Positions 36,529-46,168 of a stretch of DNA of 64,000 nucleotides are shown piece by piece. The DNA is from Candidatus Colimorpha enterica (GTDB taxonomy: Bacteria > Bacillota > Clostridia > Oscillospirales > CAG-272). The stretch is taken from contig FR891099.1 of the NCBI GenBank assembly GCA_000433515.1, positions 397-64,396 of the forward strand, read 5' to 3'. The translations under genes were made by a program, and so were the position numbers. Numbering within the stretch: position 1 is the stretch's first letter; each line of letters opens with the position of its first letter. Below the pieces are notes generated by a model. The model was not told where the DNA came from, made no database searches, and was given only the letters and a program-made list of their open reading frames with translations.

Positions 36529-36710
36529 CGTGCTTCATCTCGCTTTCTCTCTTTTACAGGTTCAGCGGTGCAATCCACCTCGGAATTGCCCCACATAACA
36601 TTGCCGTCATAATAAACAGACTCGGCTTTTTCTTCGGCTTCCTCAGCGGAAGCTGCCTCGACTTCAACAACACCGTAACTGATTTCTTTGACTTTTACTG
36701 AATATTTCAT
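36525..36710 (-). CDS. DpnD/PcfM-like small protein
   Basis: MKYSVKVKEISYGVVEVEAASAEEAEEKAESVYYDGNVMWGNSEVD shows the same pattern as the N-domain of 22694..23218. Confidence 0.6.
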   Translation of the reverse strand: MKYSVKVKEISYGVVEVEAASAEEAEEKAESVYYDGNVMWGNSEVDCTAEPVKERKRDEAR

Positions 36711-37642
36711 CGTGCGTCACCTCGATCCTTCGGGTTATGAAGCAATTTACCGTTTTCGTCATAGCTTTTCGGATCAGCGGCAGGGACGTCCCAACCGAAC
36801 ATAGAGCCTGCAAGCATTGCTTCTACCTGTGCTTTGCTGACTCCGAGGTTTGAATTTCGGTCATCAACCAACGCTCGGTTAAATGTTTTATCATCGGTCG
36901 AATACTCACAAGTGTAATATCCGCTTTCTCCACGCTTGATGATGATTACTTCATCAGTCCCCGGCAAAGTCGCATAACAAGTTTCGGGCAAATCCGAGCG
37001 AAGCGGGATGACCTTTGCGCCGTTTTGCTCTATCCGCTCGGCAAATTCGCAAATATGATAGAGATTATCTCCCACCTCAACATGGTATTCGTCGATATAT
37101 CTGCACACCATGTCGCAAGTCTTTCCGTCAGAGTAGGTAATGCGAATGCGGTCGCCGTCCTTAATGCGGAACTTTTCTTTGTATTCCGGCGTAATGAAAC
37201 GGATACCTTTCTCGGCATTACGGATATGGTCGTCAAGCCATTCCTTTTTGTAGCAGTAGCAGTAAAGGTTATATTCGCCCTGATGGGGATTGAGCCTGCA
37301 AAGATATGCGTAATCATCGGAGTCTATACGAACGCCGAAGGAGCGTTCGTCGCTGTCGTACTGCAAAGCTTCCTTGTAACAGAACTTACTCAGCGTGTTT
37401 CTGTCCGCAAGAAAATTGTCTTTTTGGCGGTAGGTGTTAATCAGATCGTCAAATTCCGCTTTGAACTCGTCCGTTTTCAGATCCGTGCGGTAATCGTTCC
37501 AAGAACTGAAGAATCCTTTTCCGTTTGTATCCATGTCCGCACGAAGATACCCAACGAGTCCGCACTGCATGGAAATCTGTGTGCTTTGCCGATAGGTATA
37601 CTTTTGTTCCGGTTCTTTCATTACCTTCAAATCAAAACTCAT
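36707..37642 (-). CDS. conjugative-element hypothetical protein (311 aa)
   Basis: Overlaps the downstream gene by 4 nt. The C-terminal block AMLAGSMFGWDVPAADPKSY was noted. No function assigned. Confidence 0.55.
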   Translation of the reverse strand: MSFDLKVMKEPEQKYTYRQSTQISMQCGLVGYLRADMDTNGKGFFSSWNDYRTDLKTDEFKAEFDDLINTYRQKDNFLADRNTLSKFCYKEALQYDSDERSFGVRIDSDDYAYLCRLNPHQGEYNLYCYCYKKEWLDDHIRNAEKGIRFITPEYKEKFRIKDGDRIRITYSDGKTCDMVCRYIDEYHVEVGDNLYHICEFAERIEQNGAKVIPLRSDLPETCYATLPGTDEVIIIKRGESGYYTCEYSTDDKTFNRALVDDRNSNLGVSKAQVEAMLAGSMFGWDVPAADPKSYDENGKLLHNPKDRGDAR

Positions 37643-38250
37643 TATCTTTCATTCCTTTCTTCTCTTTTTGCGGCTTGCAAAGCCTTTTCGTAACCCGGCT
37701 TTGCCCATTTGGGAAGTGAGTCCGAATCTAAAACGCCGATTACATCCTGCCTGTAAAAATTCGCTTTGTGCCCATCATACAGAGAGGTACAAAAGCAGGT
37801 TCGGCCTCTGGCGTTCGGATAAGAGCCGAAGCCGCCTGTGCAAAGCATAAGCTGATGTGTGGCAAGCTGATATTCGGGGCTGAAAACATCGCTGTCGATT
37901 ACAACCACTTTGTTTATAAGGTTGTCTTCACTGGAGATACGGCGGCATTTATCTACGGTGATAACTCTGTCCTCGCCGCCGATAACCGCTTTTTCTTCAT
38001 CGGTTTTTTCGATGGCATTCTTTGCCGCCGTGGTAATGCGCTGACCATATATTTCAAAAATTTCAGCATAGCCGTCGCTTGCCAAGCCGTGTGTGTAAAG
38101 CTCCATCAGCTCGTTGCGTTCCACATAACAACAAAGATACCGCTCAGACGGCACAGCATTCTTATCTTCAGCGACAATGATTTCCTCGCCGCCGATTCGC
38201 TGACAGGCAATCACCTCGTAATTGCCGACTTTTCTTTTTTCATTCGACAA
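37642..38250 (-). CDS. conjugative-element hypothetical protein
   Basis: Track start GTG 38259 abuts AGGAGG directly. TTG 38250 gives 8-nt spacing. The start is uncertain. Confidence 0.5.
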   Translation of the reverse strand: MSNEKRKVGNYEVIACQRIGGEEIIVAEDKNAVPSERYLCCYVERNELMELYTHGLASDGYAEIFEIYGQRITTAAKNAIEKTDEEKAVIGGEDRVITVDKCRRISSEDNLINKVVVIDSDVFSPEYQLATHQLMLCTGGFGSYPNARGRTCFCTSLYDGHKANFYRQDVIGVLDSDSLPKWAKPGYEKALQAAKREERNER

Positions 38251-38272
38251 GGTTTCCACCTCCTAAATATTA

Positions 38273-38299
38273 GGGCGGCACCGTTGTCGATGCCGCCCC
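38273..38299 (-). promoter_or_regulatory. GC-rich intergenic hairpin
   Basis: GGGGCGGCA-(10 nt)-TGCCGCCCC followed by a weak U-tract (UAAUAUUU), then AGGAGG of the next gene. Confidence 0.35.
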
Positions 38300-38305
38300 G
38301 TTCAT

Positions 38306-38392
38306 TTATTTCTTCCGTTTACCCCGGATATTCATAAAGACGATACCGCCGATAATGAATACCACGAGGGCGATGAGAATTGCTGTTTTCAT
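38306..38392 (-). CDS. 28-aa single-TM micro-protein
   Basis: MKTAILIALVVFIIGGIVFMNIRGKRKK with GGAGG 7 nt upstream. Lies directly after the 982-aa gene. Confidence 0.4.
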   Translation of the reverse strand: MKTAILIALVVFIIGGIVFMNIRGKRKK

Positions 38393-38404
38393 CTCTTTTC
38401 CTCC

Positions 38405-41353
38405 TTATTTTCTCCCGATATACCAATCGTCGTACATATTACCTGAAAGAGTGATATTACTTATGACATCCTTGCAACTGAGCATACCCATCGGAGTCCA
38501 TGCGTCCGACTGAACGATTACTACCGAATACTTACCGTCCGGATACCATACCGGCGTGTAATGCACATTGTCCACGTCGCCGATTTTCGGGAAAACCCAA
38601 TGTGACATATAATTCTCGGACTTTGTTTTCATGGTAGTGATCTTTCCCGAGGCATTCTGATAGTTATATTCCGGGAACAGTGAATACGCATACTGCGGCA
38701 CAGTAAACCCTGTACCGTATGAGGGTGTCTCATAATTTGTAACGCTTGTCATGATACTGCAATCCATTACTGAAATGCCGTAACCCGATTTCATAGTCCA
38801 GTTGCTTCCGTTTTGCGTTGCGGTCGCTCCGGTGGCGGGTGTGGTTTCTTTTTTGAAGCCTTGGTAGATACCGATACCGTAGTTTACTTTTTTGAATGCG
38901 GAATCCTCATATTTGTACTCCCACCATGTCGTATAAGCCTTAGTTGACTGCGGCTCGTCCGGCTTAGTAAATCCGCTTGGCGCTTCACGCTCATAGGTGG
39001 TATCCGGTGTGTTGTAATATACAAACGGCGTAGTTCGCCGGTATCGCGTATTCGGATTGTATACTTTAGTGCCGTCAATGATCTCCGCATACACCTTAAC
39101 ATACTCGCTGTTAAGTCCCTGCGGTACATACCAACTGAACGCTACAAGATTTTTGTCCCTTGCGGGGACGATAACAGTCTTGGTTTCGGTATATACTTGA
39201 TTGCCTGTCGTTAAGTTATACACAATAAAACGCATTTGCAGTTCTGAAGACGGAGTGTAATCGTCATAAGACTGATTTTTGATATAAAAGCTGGAAATCA
39301 CTCTCGTCTTTTCGCGGTAAGGAGCGTTGGGGATAATGGGCGTGATTTTGACCGGGTGATTTGATTTGCAGATTATCACCCACGCATTGTTATTGCCATC
39401 CGTTTCGTATTCGGTATTACCGCGTGAAACCGTATCAAGATAAACACCGCCCCAAATACCAAAGACACGATTATTAGGCACAACGAAGGAGTATCCGTCA
39501 ACCTCAATTGTTTCGCCGGCAGGAATAGCAAATGTGCCCGGAATCTGTGTTCCGTCGTTGTTATATCCCTTAACATAAACCGTGCAATCCGTATTGTTCT
39601 TATACACATAGCGCACGGTAATAGTATCCGCTACCTCTAACTTCTGCTGATCGACATATTCACCATACTCATTTACGAGCTTAATGTCGTAAAGCTCAAC
39701 ATCGGGTTTCAGAATAGGCATATAATAGTTGGTTTCTTCGCCTGTATGGGTTGTATCACTTGCCCAATAGGTTCTGAAACGGAATCTCATCTTATATGAA
39801 TTGGCGTTTTCGTTGCTGTTCAGCGGTATAACATAGCTTCCGACCGAACTGTTTGCCGTATAGGTTTTGGAATTGCCGAGCTGTGCATTGTCAACATACA
39901 CATCTTCACCGGCACCGGATTTGTAAATCAAATCCCAAGCGGTGCCGTTCCATCGGTAGCTTTGTCCTCTTAGGTGGTTGCTTGATACCCAAGAATTTGT
40001 TCCGCCAAACTTATACTTAAAGGTTACTTTCTGACCGAAATACATGGCCCCAGTCGTACCGTTTGCATCCGCCTTTGCCTGAACTGCTCCGTCAACTCCA
40101 TAAGCCGTAATACTTTCTCTTGTAACGACGGGCTTTATGGGGATATAGAAGGTCTTTTCGGCACCGTATTTCTTAACCGTACCGTTTGATTCGATCCAAT
40201 CTTCTCTTGCTTTTACGGTAATATAGCTTGTTCCGTTGCCGATAGTCGTTGGGTTCAGCTTTACATCATACCAAGTGTTGCTGTTCGACCATACATTGCG
40301 AGAGGTTGAACCGCCTCCAACAACCCATACCGACTGTTTAACATAGCAGTTTTCGGTTTCGGCGGGAAAGTGTACCGCATACCATATTGAACTGTCGGTT
40401 TTCGGGTAGCCGTTACCGTAAGTCCAGTTGGCAAAACTGCTGCCATAGCTGATACCGTAGTGGTTCTTGTTCCTGACACTCAAATCACCCGGCCATGCTT
40501 CGCAGCAGTAAACCGAGAGATTCGGCGTAAAATCCGGTTTTGTTTCGGTATAGGCAATGCCAACTCCGTAACCTGAGTTGATAATTGTATAGAAGGTTGC
40601 CCTTTTCGACAGCGCACCGACTCCCGTCCACAATCCCTGACCGTCGGGCGTATATAAGGCGTTGGGGAAATGCTTGTTTGTATAGTTTGAAATAAAGCCC
40701 CAGCTTTCGGATGTTTTACTTGCGCCACCGTCACTGTTCGCCCCCAATATATGCTTTCCGTACAGGGCGATTTCGGTTACGGTGAGGCTGTGCCATACGC
40801 TTTCCAGACGCACATCGTAAATCGGCTCAACAAGCACCTTATCACCGTTTTTTAGATTCGAAATACCACCGATGCCGAGCTTTGAAAGAATCGGGTTTAA
40901 GTTTCGCGTATCGTTCTGCCAACTGCTCATACCGCTTGTCACGGGCAAGCTTTGAGCAAAGCCCATATCCGCTTCCTTATAGCAGTTTGCCGTTGTTTTG
41001 CTTGTGGAAAAGCCGCCGTTCTGATTGTCCTTCAGTTGCTTCTTGTTGCATTTGGTTGAAAACTTATACCAGTTAAAGCCCTGATTTGCATAACTGGTGT
41101 TTCTGTAAACATCAATGACCTTGCCGTTCTTGGTATTTCCGTTCTTATCTACGACGCTGAAACGGTAACCGAGCATACAATTGTCGTCGGTTGTCATAAT
41201 GGCGTATCCGTTCGGTCCGGCAGAGGTTCCGGCACCGCCTCCACCTGCTGAAGAACCGTCCCAGCTCAACGCATAAGCAGTTATCGCCAGGGACAAGAAG
41301 GTCGTAATAAGAGCAAGGAAAACCGATAGGATACGAATATATTTTTTCTTCAT
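38405..41353 (-). CDS. 982-aa secreted protein of unknown function, last gene of the Tad-locus-1 block (candidate pilus-associated adhesin)
   Basis: The track start is TTG; ATG 41353 sits 6 nt after AAGGAGG. Signal peptide MKKKYIRILSVFLALITTFLSLAITAYA. Composition is rich in G/N/T/Y/W, consistent with beta-rich folds. No catalytic motif recognised. Confidence 0.75.
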   Translation of the reverse strand: MKKKYIRILSVFLALITTFLSLAITAYALSWDGSSAGGGGAGTSAGPNGYAIMTTDDNCMLGYRFSVVDKNGNTKNGKVIDVYRNTSYANQGFNWYKFSTKCNKKQLKDNQNGGFSTSKTTANCYKEADMGFAQSLPVTSGMSSWQNDTRNLNPILSKLGIGGISNLKNGDKVLVEPIYDVRLESVWHSLTVTEIALYGKHILGANSDGGASKTSESWGFISNYTNKHFPNALYTPDGQGLWTGVGALSKRATFYTIINSGYGVGIAYTETKPDFTPNLSVYCCEAWPGDLSVRNKNHYGISYGSSFANWTYGNGYPKTDSSIWYAVHFPAETENCYVKQSVWVVGGGSTSRNVWSNSNTWYDVKLNPTTIGNGTSYITVKAREDWIESNGTVKKYGAEKTFYIPIKPVVTRESITAYGVDGAVQAKADANGTTGAMYFGQKVTFKYKFGGTNSWVSSNHLRGQSYRWNGTAWDLIYKSGAGEDVYVDNAQLGNSKTYTANSSVGSYVIPLNSNENANSYKMRFRFRTYWASDTTHTGEETNYYMPILKPDVELYDIKLVNEYGEYVDQQKLEVADTITVRYVYKNNTDCTVYVKGYNNDGTQIPGTFAIPAGETIEVDGYSFVVPNNRVFGIWGGVYLDTVSRGNTEYETDGNNNAWVIICKSNHPVKITPIIPNAPYREKTRVISSFYIKNQSYDDYTPSSELQMRFIVYNLTTGNQVYTETKTVIVPARDKNLVAFSWYVPQGLNSEYVKVYAEIIDGTKVYNPNTRYRRTTPFVYYNTPDTTYEREAPSGFTKPDEPQSTKAYTTWWEYKYEDSAFKKVNYGIGIYQGFKKETTPATGATATQNGSNWTMKSGYGISVMDCSIMTSVTNYETPSYGTGFTVPQYAYSLFPEYNYQNASGKITTMKTKSENYMSHWVFPKIGDVDNVHYTPVWYPDGKYSVVIVQSDAWTPMGMLSCKDVISNITLSGNMYDDWYIGRK

Positions 41354-41370
41354 CAAAGTCCTCCTTCACA

Positions 41371-41405
41371 TAAAATAAGGAGCCTGACTTTTTCAATCAG
41401 ACTCC
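41371..41405 (-). terminator. hairpin + U-rich tract between the Cys-rich gene and the 982-aa gene
   Basis: Minus strand GGAGTCTGA-TTGAAAAAG-TCAGGCTCC (one G.U pair) followed by UUAUUUUAU. Confidence 0.5.
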
Positions 41406-41421
41406 TGTGGATTTTAATATT

Positions 41422-42132
41422 TCAGTGATGATGGCAGGTGTTTCCCTTAACCGTTTCGCCGCACTCGCATACCGTATCCTGCAAGTAAGAAAAGCACCCG
41501 GTCGGATTGTCTGCCGACCAATAAGCAAGTCCGCAACGGGGACATACTTCGGTGTCGTCTTTCTCTTTGTTATACTCGGGGCATTTGGTAGGCGTGTATT
41601 CGGTATACCCCCATTCGTTTGTCGCATAGAAGCTTTTACAGTTATGGGAACCGCAATAGGGGCAGCCGGCAAGCTCAAGGTTTTTGATATAGGCGTGATA
41701 CTCAGCGTTCTCACAGTGATGATTAGCGTCACCGCAGCTATATGCCGCCGATTCACCGCCGCCGATTTGAATTACTCCGGTATCTCCTTCGTCCTTTGAT
41801 ACAGGTTGTCCGGTTATAACCTTATTCGGCTCCTTTGCCTTTTCACCGGTAGTTTCGCTTTTTTCGGCGGTATCGTCCTCAACCTCCGGCTTCAAAAGTC
41901 CGTTGCCGTCATCATCAATCTTTTCTGACTCGTTAATGCTGTTTGTTTCGGTGCTCTGCGTTTCGCTTACCGGCTCGTCAATCACAACGGTGGTGTTTGA
42001 ACTTTCCGTCGGATCGCTCTCAGTCGGTTTTTCCTCACCGTGTTTCGGTATCAGCACGATACAGAGGACAACGGCAAGGATAATGGATATGGCAGAGCCA
42101 CCGATAATAAAGAGTTTTTTCTTGTTTTTCAT
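41422..42132 (-). CDS. membrane-anchored protein with acidic/T-rich spacer and extracytoplasmic 12-Cys domain ending in HHH
   Basis: Start moved to MKNKKKLFIIGGSAISIILAVVLCIVLIP (AAGGAGG upstream). The C-terminus contains CPYCG and CPRCG knuckles and 12 Cys in ~105 aa, ending ..GNTCHHH. Confidence 0.7.
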   Translation of the reverse strand: MKNKKKLFIIGGSAISIILAVVLCIVLIPKHGEEKPTESDPTESSNTTVVIDEPVSETQSTETNSINESEKIDDDGNGLLKPEVEDDTAEKSETTGEKAKEPNKVITGQPVSKDEGDTGVIQIGGGESAAYSCGDANHHCENAEYHAYIKNLELAGCPYCGSHNCKSFYATNEWGYTEYTPTKCPEYNKEKDDTEVCPRCGLAYWSADNPTGCFSYLQDTVCECGETVKGNTCHHH

Positions 42133-42146
42133 GTGTCTGTACCTCC

Positions 42147-42617
42147 TTAAAATCTCTCGTTGAATTTTGATTCTACGGTTATAGGCACAACTGCCGTTGT
42201 TACCCACACACCGGCGAATCGAATAGGGATATATACCCGATATGAAGCATAAATCTTTAGTTTGTTTTGTTCGGTGAAGCCAACATACGGATTTGAGATA
42301 TAGAAGTTTGTATCTCCGTCGCTATCATAATTGTAATATCGACTGCCTGATTTCACAAGTGTGCAAAAGTCGCTCAGCGCCTCTCTGTATTCATCCGCGT
42401 CAATCTCATTCGTTCCATTGTTACCTTGCTTGATGGAATCATATATCTCAATGGAGTTTTGCATAACAAAGCTGTCCAGCACCACCCGAGAATTGCGTTC
42501 AACCGTTTTCACCGTATTGACTGCAACCGCAAAGGTGACGAATACCGAAAGCAGCATACAGATGACCACAATCATAACACAGGTAGAAACATAGCCTTCG
42601 CCTTTTTTATTCCTCAT
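42147..42617 (-). CDS. DUF4320-like pseudopilin candidate
   Basis: Start moved to MRNKKGEGYVSTCVMIVVICMLLSVFVTF. This gives a short basic leader, EGYV, then a hydrophobic helix. Confidence 0.6.
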   Translation of the reverse strand: MRNKKGEGYVSTCVMIVVICMLLSVFVTFAVAVNTVKTVERNSRVVLDSFVMQNSIEIYDSIKQGNNGTNEIDADEYREALSDFCTLVKSGSRYYNYDSDGDTNFYISNPYVGFTEQNKLKIYASYRVYIPIRFAGVWVTTAVVPITVESKFNERF

Positions 42618-42625
42618 GTCTGCAC

Positions 42626-43039
42626 CTACTTCCAGTATCTTTCCGAAAGTCCCGACTTTCTGACCGTTACGGTGACAGGAATTTTGAACACGCCGAGTCC
42701 TTTGACATATGTGTGCTTTGAAATCTCTACCCACATTCGCTCGCCAAGCTGAACACGGCGATAGGTACTGTTGAAATACCTGTCTGCTCCGTAATCAATA
42801 CCATAGTAGTAATACTGATCCAGCATATCGCTGTCGGCGTGCCAAAAATCATCGTCAAAACAACCGGCATAGGTTGCTGCTTCTATAAGCTCATCGGCAA
42901 TCTGATCCATCTCAATACGCAGGGTGATAAAACTGAAAATGTTAATGGCGATAACGAGAATCATCACGAAAACGACCACGCCGACGCACATATCCACATA
43001 GCCTTCGCCCTTTTTAGAGTGTAATATCTTCCTTATCAT
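42626..43039 (-). CDS. DUF4320-like pseudopilin candidate
   Basis: Start moved to MIRKILHSKKGEGYVDMCVGVVVFVMILVIAINIF (AAGGAGG upstream). Confidence 0.6.
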   Translation of the reverse strand: MIRKILHSKKGEGYVDMCVGVVVFVMILVIAINIFSFITLRIEMDQIADELIEAATYAGCFDDDFWHADSDMLDQYYYYGIDYGADRYFNSTYRRVQLGERMWVEISKHTYVKGLGVFKIPVTVTVRKSGLSERYWK

Positions 43040-43050
43040 ACAACCCCTCC

Positions 43051-43920
43051 TTATCCGAACAGGACACCGATAGAGTCCATGATTTGAGATAAAATTACGA
43101 CCACATAAACGAGCATAAAGCAGATAAGCAGACACATGGAAAGGCGTTTGACTTTTCTCGGTACCTTCTGCGCCTGAAGTCTTAACTGCTGACGCTGAAT
43201 ATCGTTGAATTTAAGGGACAGCGACGCCCAATACATCTCGGTATCGTCTCCACGGAGAATACCGATAAGACCGCGACACACATCGCTCATCATGGCAGAG
43301 CCGACTCTTGCTTCAAGTCTTGTGATCGCCGCCTCATAGTTGCCCGACTTCATATCCGCCACCGTAATATCCAGTTCGTGTTTCATTTCACGACCGGCGT
43401 TCTTTGCATAGCTTTCAAGCATATACAGCACATCGCGGCTGTGCTTTAAGGTCTTATCTATCGTAAAGACCAGTCTCGGCAGTTCGCTTTCGATTTTTTC
43501 TCGCTTATGTCGTATCCTTACAGACACGCTTTTTAGTTCTCGGCGGTAAAGAAATACCGCAAGGAACAGAACCACGGGAGAGAGAATGGGAAAGATGAAC
43601 GCCATCGGAATGGCAAATATACCGATAAGCAGCGCTTTAACAATGGCATTTGCTTTGAACTTTTCGGGGGTAATGTCCATCTGCGCCGTTTTGAGATCGG
43701 CTTCAAGCTGAGCCTTTTTGAACTCGTTGAGCTTCATGTGCTTTGCGAGAAAATCCGCAAGGTTTCCGAGCCATACATTCAAAGTTGAAGTCTTGACCTT
43801 CTGCTTCTTTGAAAGGCTTTCCACCGCCTTGGAGGTTTTCAGATACGGAATACGGTACACATCCGCAAGTACAAAGAATAGTCCGACGCCGCAAAGTGCG
43901 CCGATAATTGCCTGCAACAT
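43051..43920 (-). CDS. tadC: TadC-like (GspF-family) pilus platform protein
   Basis: 289 aa with an N-terminal TM helix, a central helical cytoplasmic domain and C-terminal TM helices. Paired with the TadB-like gene downstream of the ATPase. Confidence 0.8.
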   Translation of the reverse strand: MLQAIIGALCGVGLFFVLADVYRIPYLKTSKAVESLSKKQKVKTSTLNVWLGNLADFLAKHMKLNEFKKAQLEADLKTAQMDITPEKFKANAIVKALLIGIFAIPMAFIFPILSPVVLFLAVFLYRRELKSVSVRIRHKREKIESELPRLVFTIDKTLKHSRDVLYMLESYAKNAGREMKHELDITVADMKSGNYEAAITRLEARVGSAMMSDVCRGLIGILRGDDTEMYWASLSLKFNDIQRQQLRLQAQKVPRKVKRLSMCLLICFMLVYVVVILSQIMDSIGVLFG

Positions 43921-43934
43921 ACTTTCAAACCTCC

Positions 43935-44858
43935 TTATCTCTTGTACTCAACGGGCTTTGTGAATTTCATCATAAACAAAGCCGTAATCAGAATTACCAT
44001 ACCGCAAACGCCGCACACAAGTTTACCGGGCGTGGTAAAAAGCAGCGTGTGGAACCAATCCTTATTGAGCAAATACAAAAGCGGGATATTACCGACAACC
44101 AGCGCCACCATAAACCAATATTCATTACGGGCTGAGGAAAGCATGGTTTTCAGCTCCGAGTTTACGATACGAACATCGGTTAGCTTTGCCACAATAGGCA
44201 AAAGCGTGTCTTTCAAGGTTCGGTCATCCTGACACTGAATGAGCGTGTCGCACCATTCCCAAAATATTTCATTGTCCACCATACTTTTAAGTTTGTAAAG
44301 TGCGCGTTTGATATTAGAGGAAATGGCGGTGGCTTCGCCCTCAAAGGATTTGAACACATCACGAAGGGGCGGTTTGATATACTTGATGTTTTCTCTGACC
44401 GCCGCCACGATATCGTCCGAGCGCACATACGAGGTTGTGATGATAGAAAGCGCCGTTTCCAGTTCTTCTTTGGTATTCTTTTCGTAATAGGAAAGGGTGC
44501 TTGTGGTATAGAAAAACGGTATCAGGGCAAACGCCACCGACAGAACCGGCATAAGGAAGATGTTATCTATGAGCACCGACAGGATAATGCCCGCCGCAAA
44601 GAGGACGAGCGACGCACAGCAGACAATCGTAAACTGCTTTGATTTGCCCGTAACGGCAAGGGCGGTTTTCATCTTTACAAGAGTACGGTACAATCGGTGC
44701 TTTTTCTTGTTTCCACGAAGATTACGGGATTTGTTCCGCATGGTATCGTTCGGAGTGATAAGTTTCATTAAATCGTCGGTGACTTGTTCGGGGGTTAGCC
44801 CGAAAAGACACACGATTGATATAATTATGAGAACCGAGCTTATGACCGAAAAAATCAT
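43935..44858 (-). CDS. tadB: TadB-like (GspF-family) pilus platform protein
   Basis: 307 aa with the same topology. 4-nt overlap with tadA. Confidence 0.8.
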   Translation of the reverse strand: MIFSVISSVLIIISIVCLFGLTPEQVTDDLMKLITPNDTMRNKSRNLRGNKKKHRLYRTLVKMKTALAVTGKSKQFTIVCCASLVLFAAGIILSVLIDNIFLMPVLSVAFALIPFFYTTSTLSYYEKNTKEELETALSIITTSYVRSDDIVAAVRENIKYIKPPLRDVFKSFEGEATAISSNIKRALYKLKSMVDNEIFWEWCDTLIQCQDDRTLKDTLLPIVAKLTDVRIVNSELKTMLSSARNEYWFMVALVVGNIPLLYLLNKDWFHTLLFTTPGKLVCGVCGMVILITALFMMKFTKPVEYKR

Positions 44859-46168
44859 TTGAAATCACCGTCCTTTACTAAAAACTGCTCTAAGGTTTTC
44901 TGCGGTACGCCGAACTGCAGGAGCTTCGCCTTTAGGTGGTCACTCATAATCTCAGGCTGTTCAAAGTAACCGTCAATTTTGTATTTGCCGCGCTTCAGCT
45001 CGTTTTTTGTGATGCGAAAACGGAAAAGCGTGTGATACTCCCGTTCTCCGGAGGGCGTAATAACACACTCGGAGATGTCCATAATTTTACGGGAATTATC
45101 TTCAAGCTTATGAGCGTACACAACAAGCGGAAACGCCTGTCCTGCCTGCATAAGTGAGGTTGCAAAGTTTATCGGAAAGCGCTTCTGACATAGCAAAGCC
45201 AAACGCATATGAGCCGCGTCTGCCGCCGACGCATGAATAGTCGATACTACCGTGTGTCCGGTAAGACTTGCTTCCACCGCAGAATAGGCTTCGGTGTCTC
45301 TCATTTCTCCGACTACAACAATGTCGGGGTTGAATCGGAGGGATGCTACCACCAAGTCCTCTTGTGTGATATCATACGCCGGGTTATCCGATGGACGGGA
45401 AAGGGTATGCACCACATTGTTGATAACTTCGCCGTCCTTCACCTTTACAAGCGACAGCTCGCGGGAGCCTGACTCAATGGTAAAGATACGCTTGTTATCC
45501 GGAATGGAAGTGAGCAGTGCGTTAAGCAATGTAGTTTTACCGGAGGATGTTGCACCGGCTACCACAAAAGAAATACCGTAACGAAGACACATACATAAAA
45601 AGTCGATCATTTTCTGTGTAGCATTACCGCCTTTAACAAGCGCCTTCATATCCACTCTTGACGGGTGCAGAAGTCGGATAGACACGCTGATTCCTCTGTC
45701 ATCATCAACAAGCGGCTCTTTCAGTGCCGTAATACGGGTATTTCCCGGCAAATGTCCCTGTGACATTGGCGTAGCGTTATCAATAATCATACCCGAATGA
45801 TGAAGTAATCTCTTTACCACATCAACGGCGTGCTGTGGATTGTAGAAATGCTCCTTTGCTTTCTCAATATGACCGTCTGTGTAGGTAACGGCAATATCGT
45901 CCCAGCCGTTGATATTGATTTCCTCAATTTCATCACGACCGAGATATTTTGTAAGCACCGAATACTCCGCCATTTCGCAGTAGAGTCTGTCCGATAGCTC
46001 ACGAAAGGTCATACCTTCCACTTCGAAGCCGCTGTCGTGCAGATATTTCTCAATATATGAGCGAAGCTGCACAACCTTACTGCGGTCGGAAAGTGCCGCC
46101 GCATAGTTTTCCGAAATATATTCTTGTGACTTGTGAAGCAACGATACGAAGTCGATTTTCTGTGCCAT
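44855..46168 (-). CDS. tadA: CpaF/TadA-family secretion ATPase
   Basis: Walker A is VVAGATSSGKTTLLNAL. Also present: Asp box, Walker B (PDIVVVGEMRD) and His box (GHTVVSTIHA). Confidence 0.92.
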   Translation of the reverse strand: MAQKIDFVSLLHKSQEYISENYAAALSDRSKVVQLRSYIEKYLHDSGFEVEGMTFRELSDRLYCEMAEYSVLTKYLGRDEIEEININGWDDIAVTYTDGHIEKAKEHFYNPQHAVDVVKRLLHHSGMIIDNATPMSQGHLPGNTRITALKEPLVDDDRGISVSIRLLHPSRVDMKALVKGGNATQKMIDFLCMCLRYGISFVVAGATSSGKTTLLNALLTSIPDNKRIFTIESGSRELSLVKVKDGEVINNVVHTLSRPSDNPAYDITQEDLVVASLRFNPDIVVVGEMRDTEAYSAVEASLTGHTVVSTIHASAADAAHMRLALLCQKRFPINFATSLMQAGQAFPLVVYAHKLEDNSRKIMDISECVITPSGEREYHTLFRFRITKNELKRGKYKIDGYFEQPEIMSDHLKAKLLQFGVPQKTLEQFLVKDGDFK

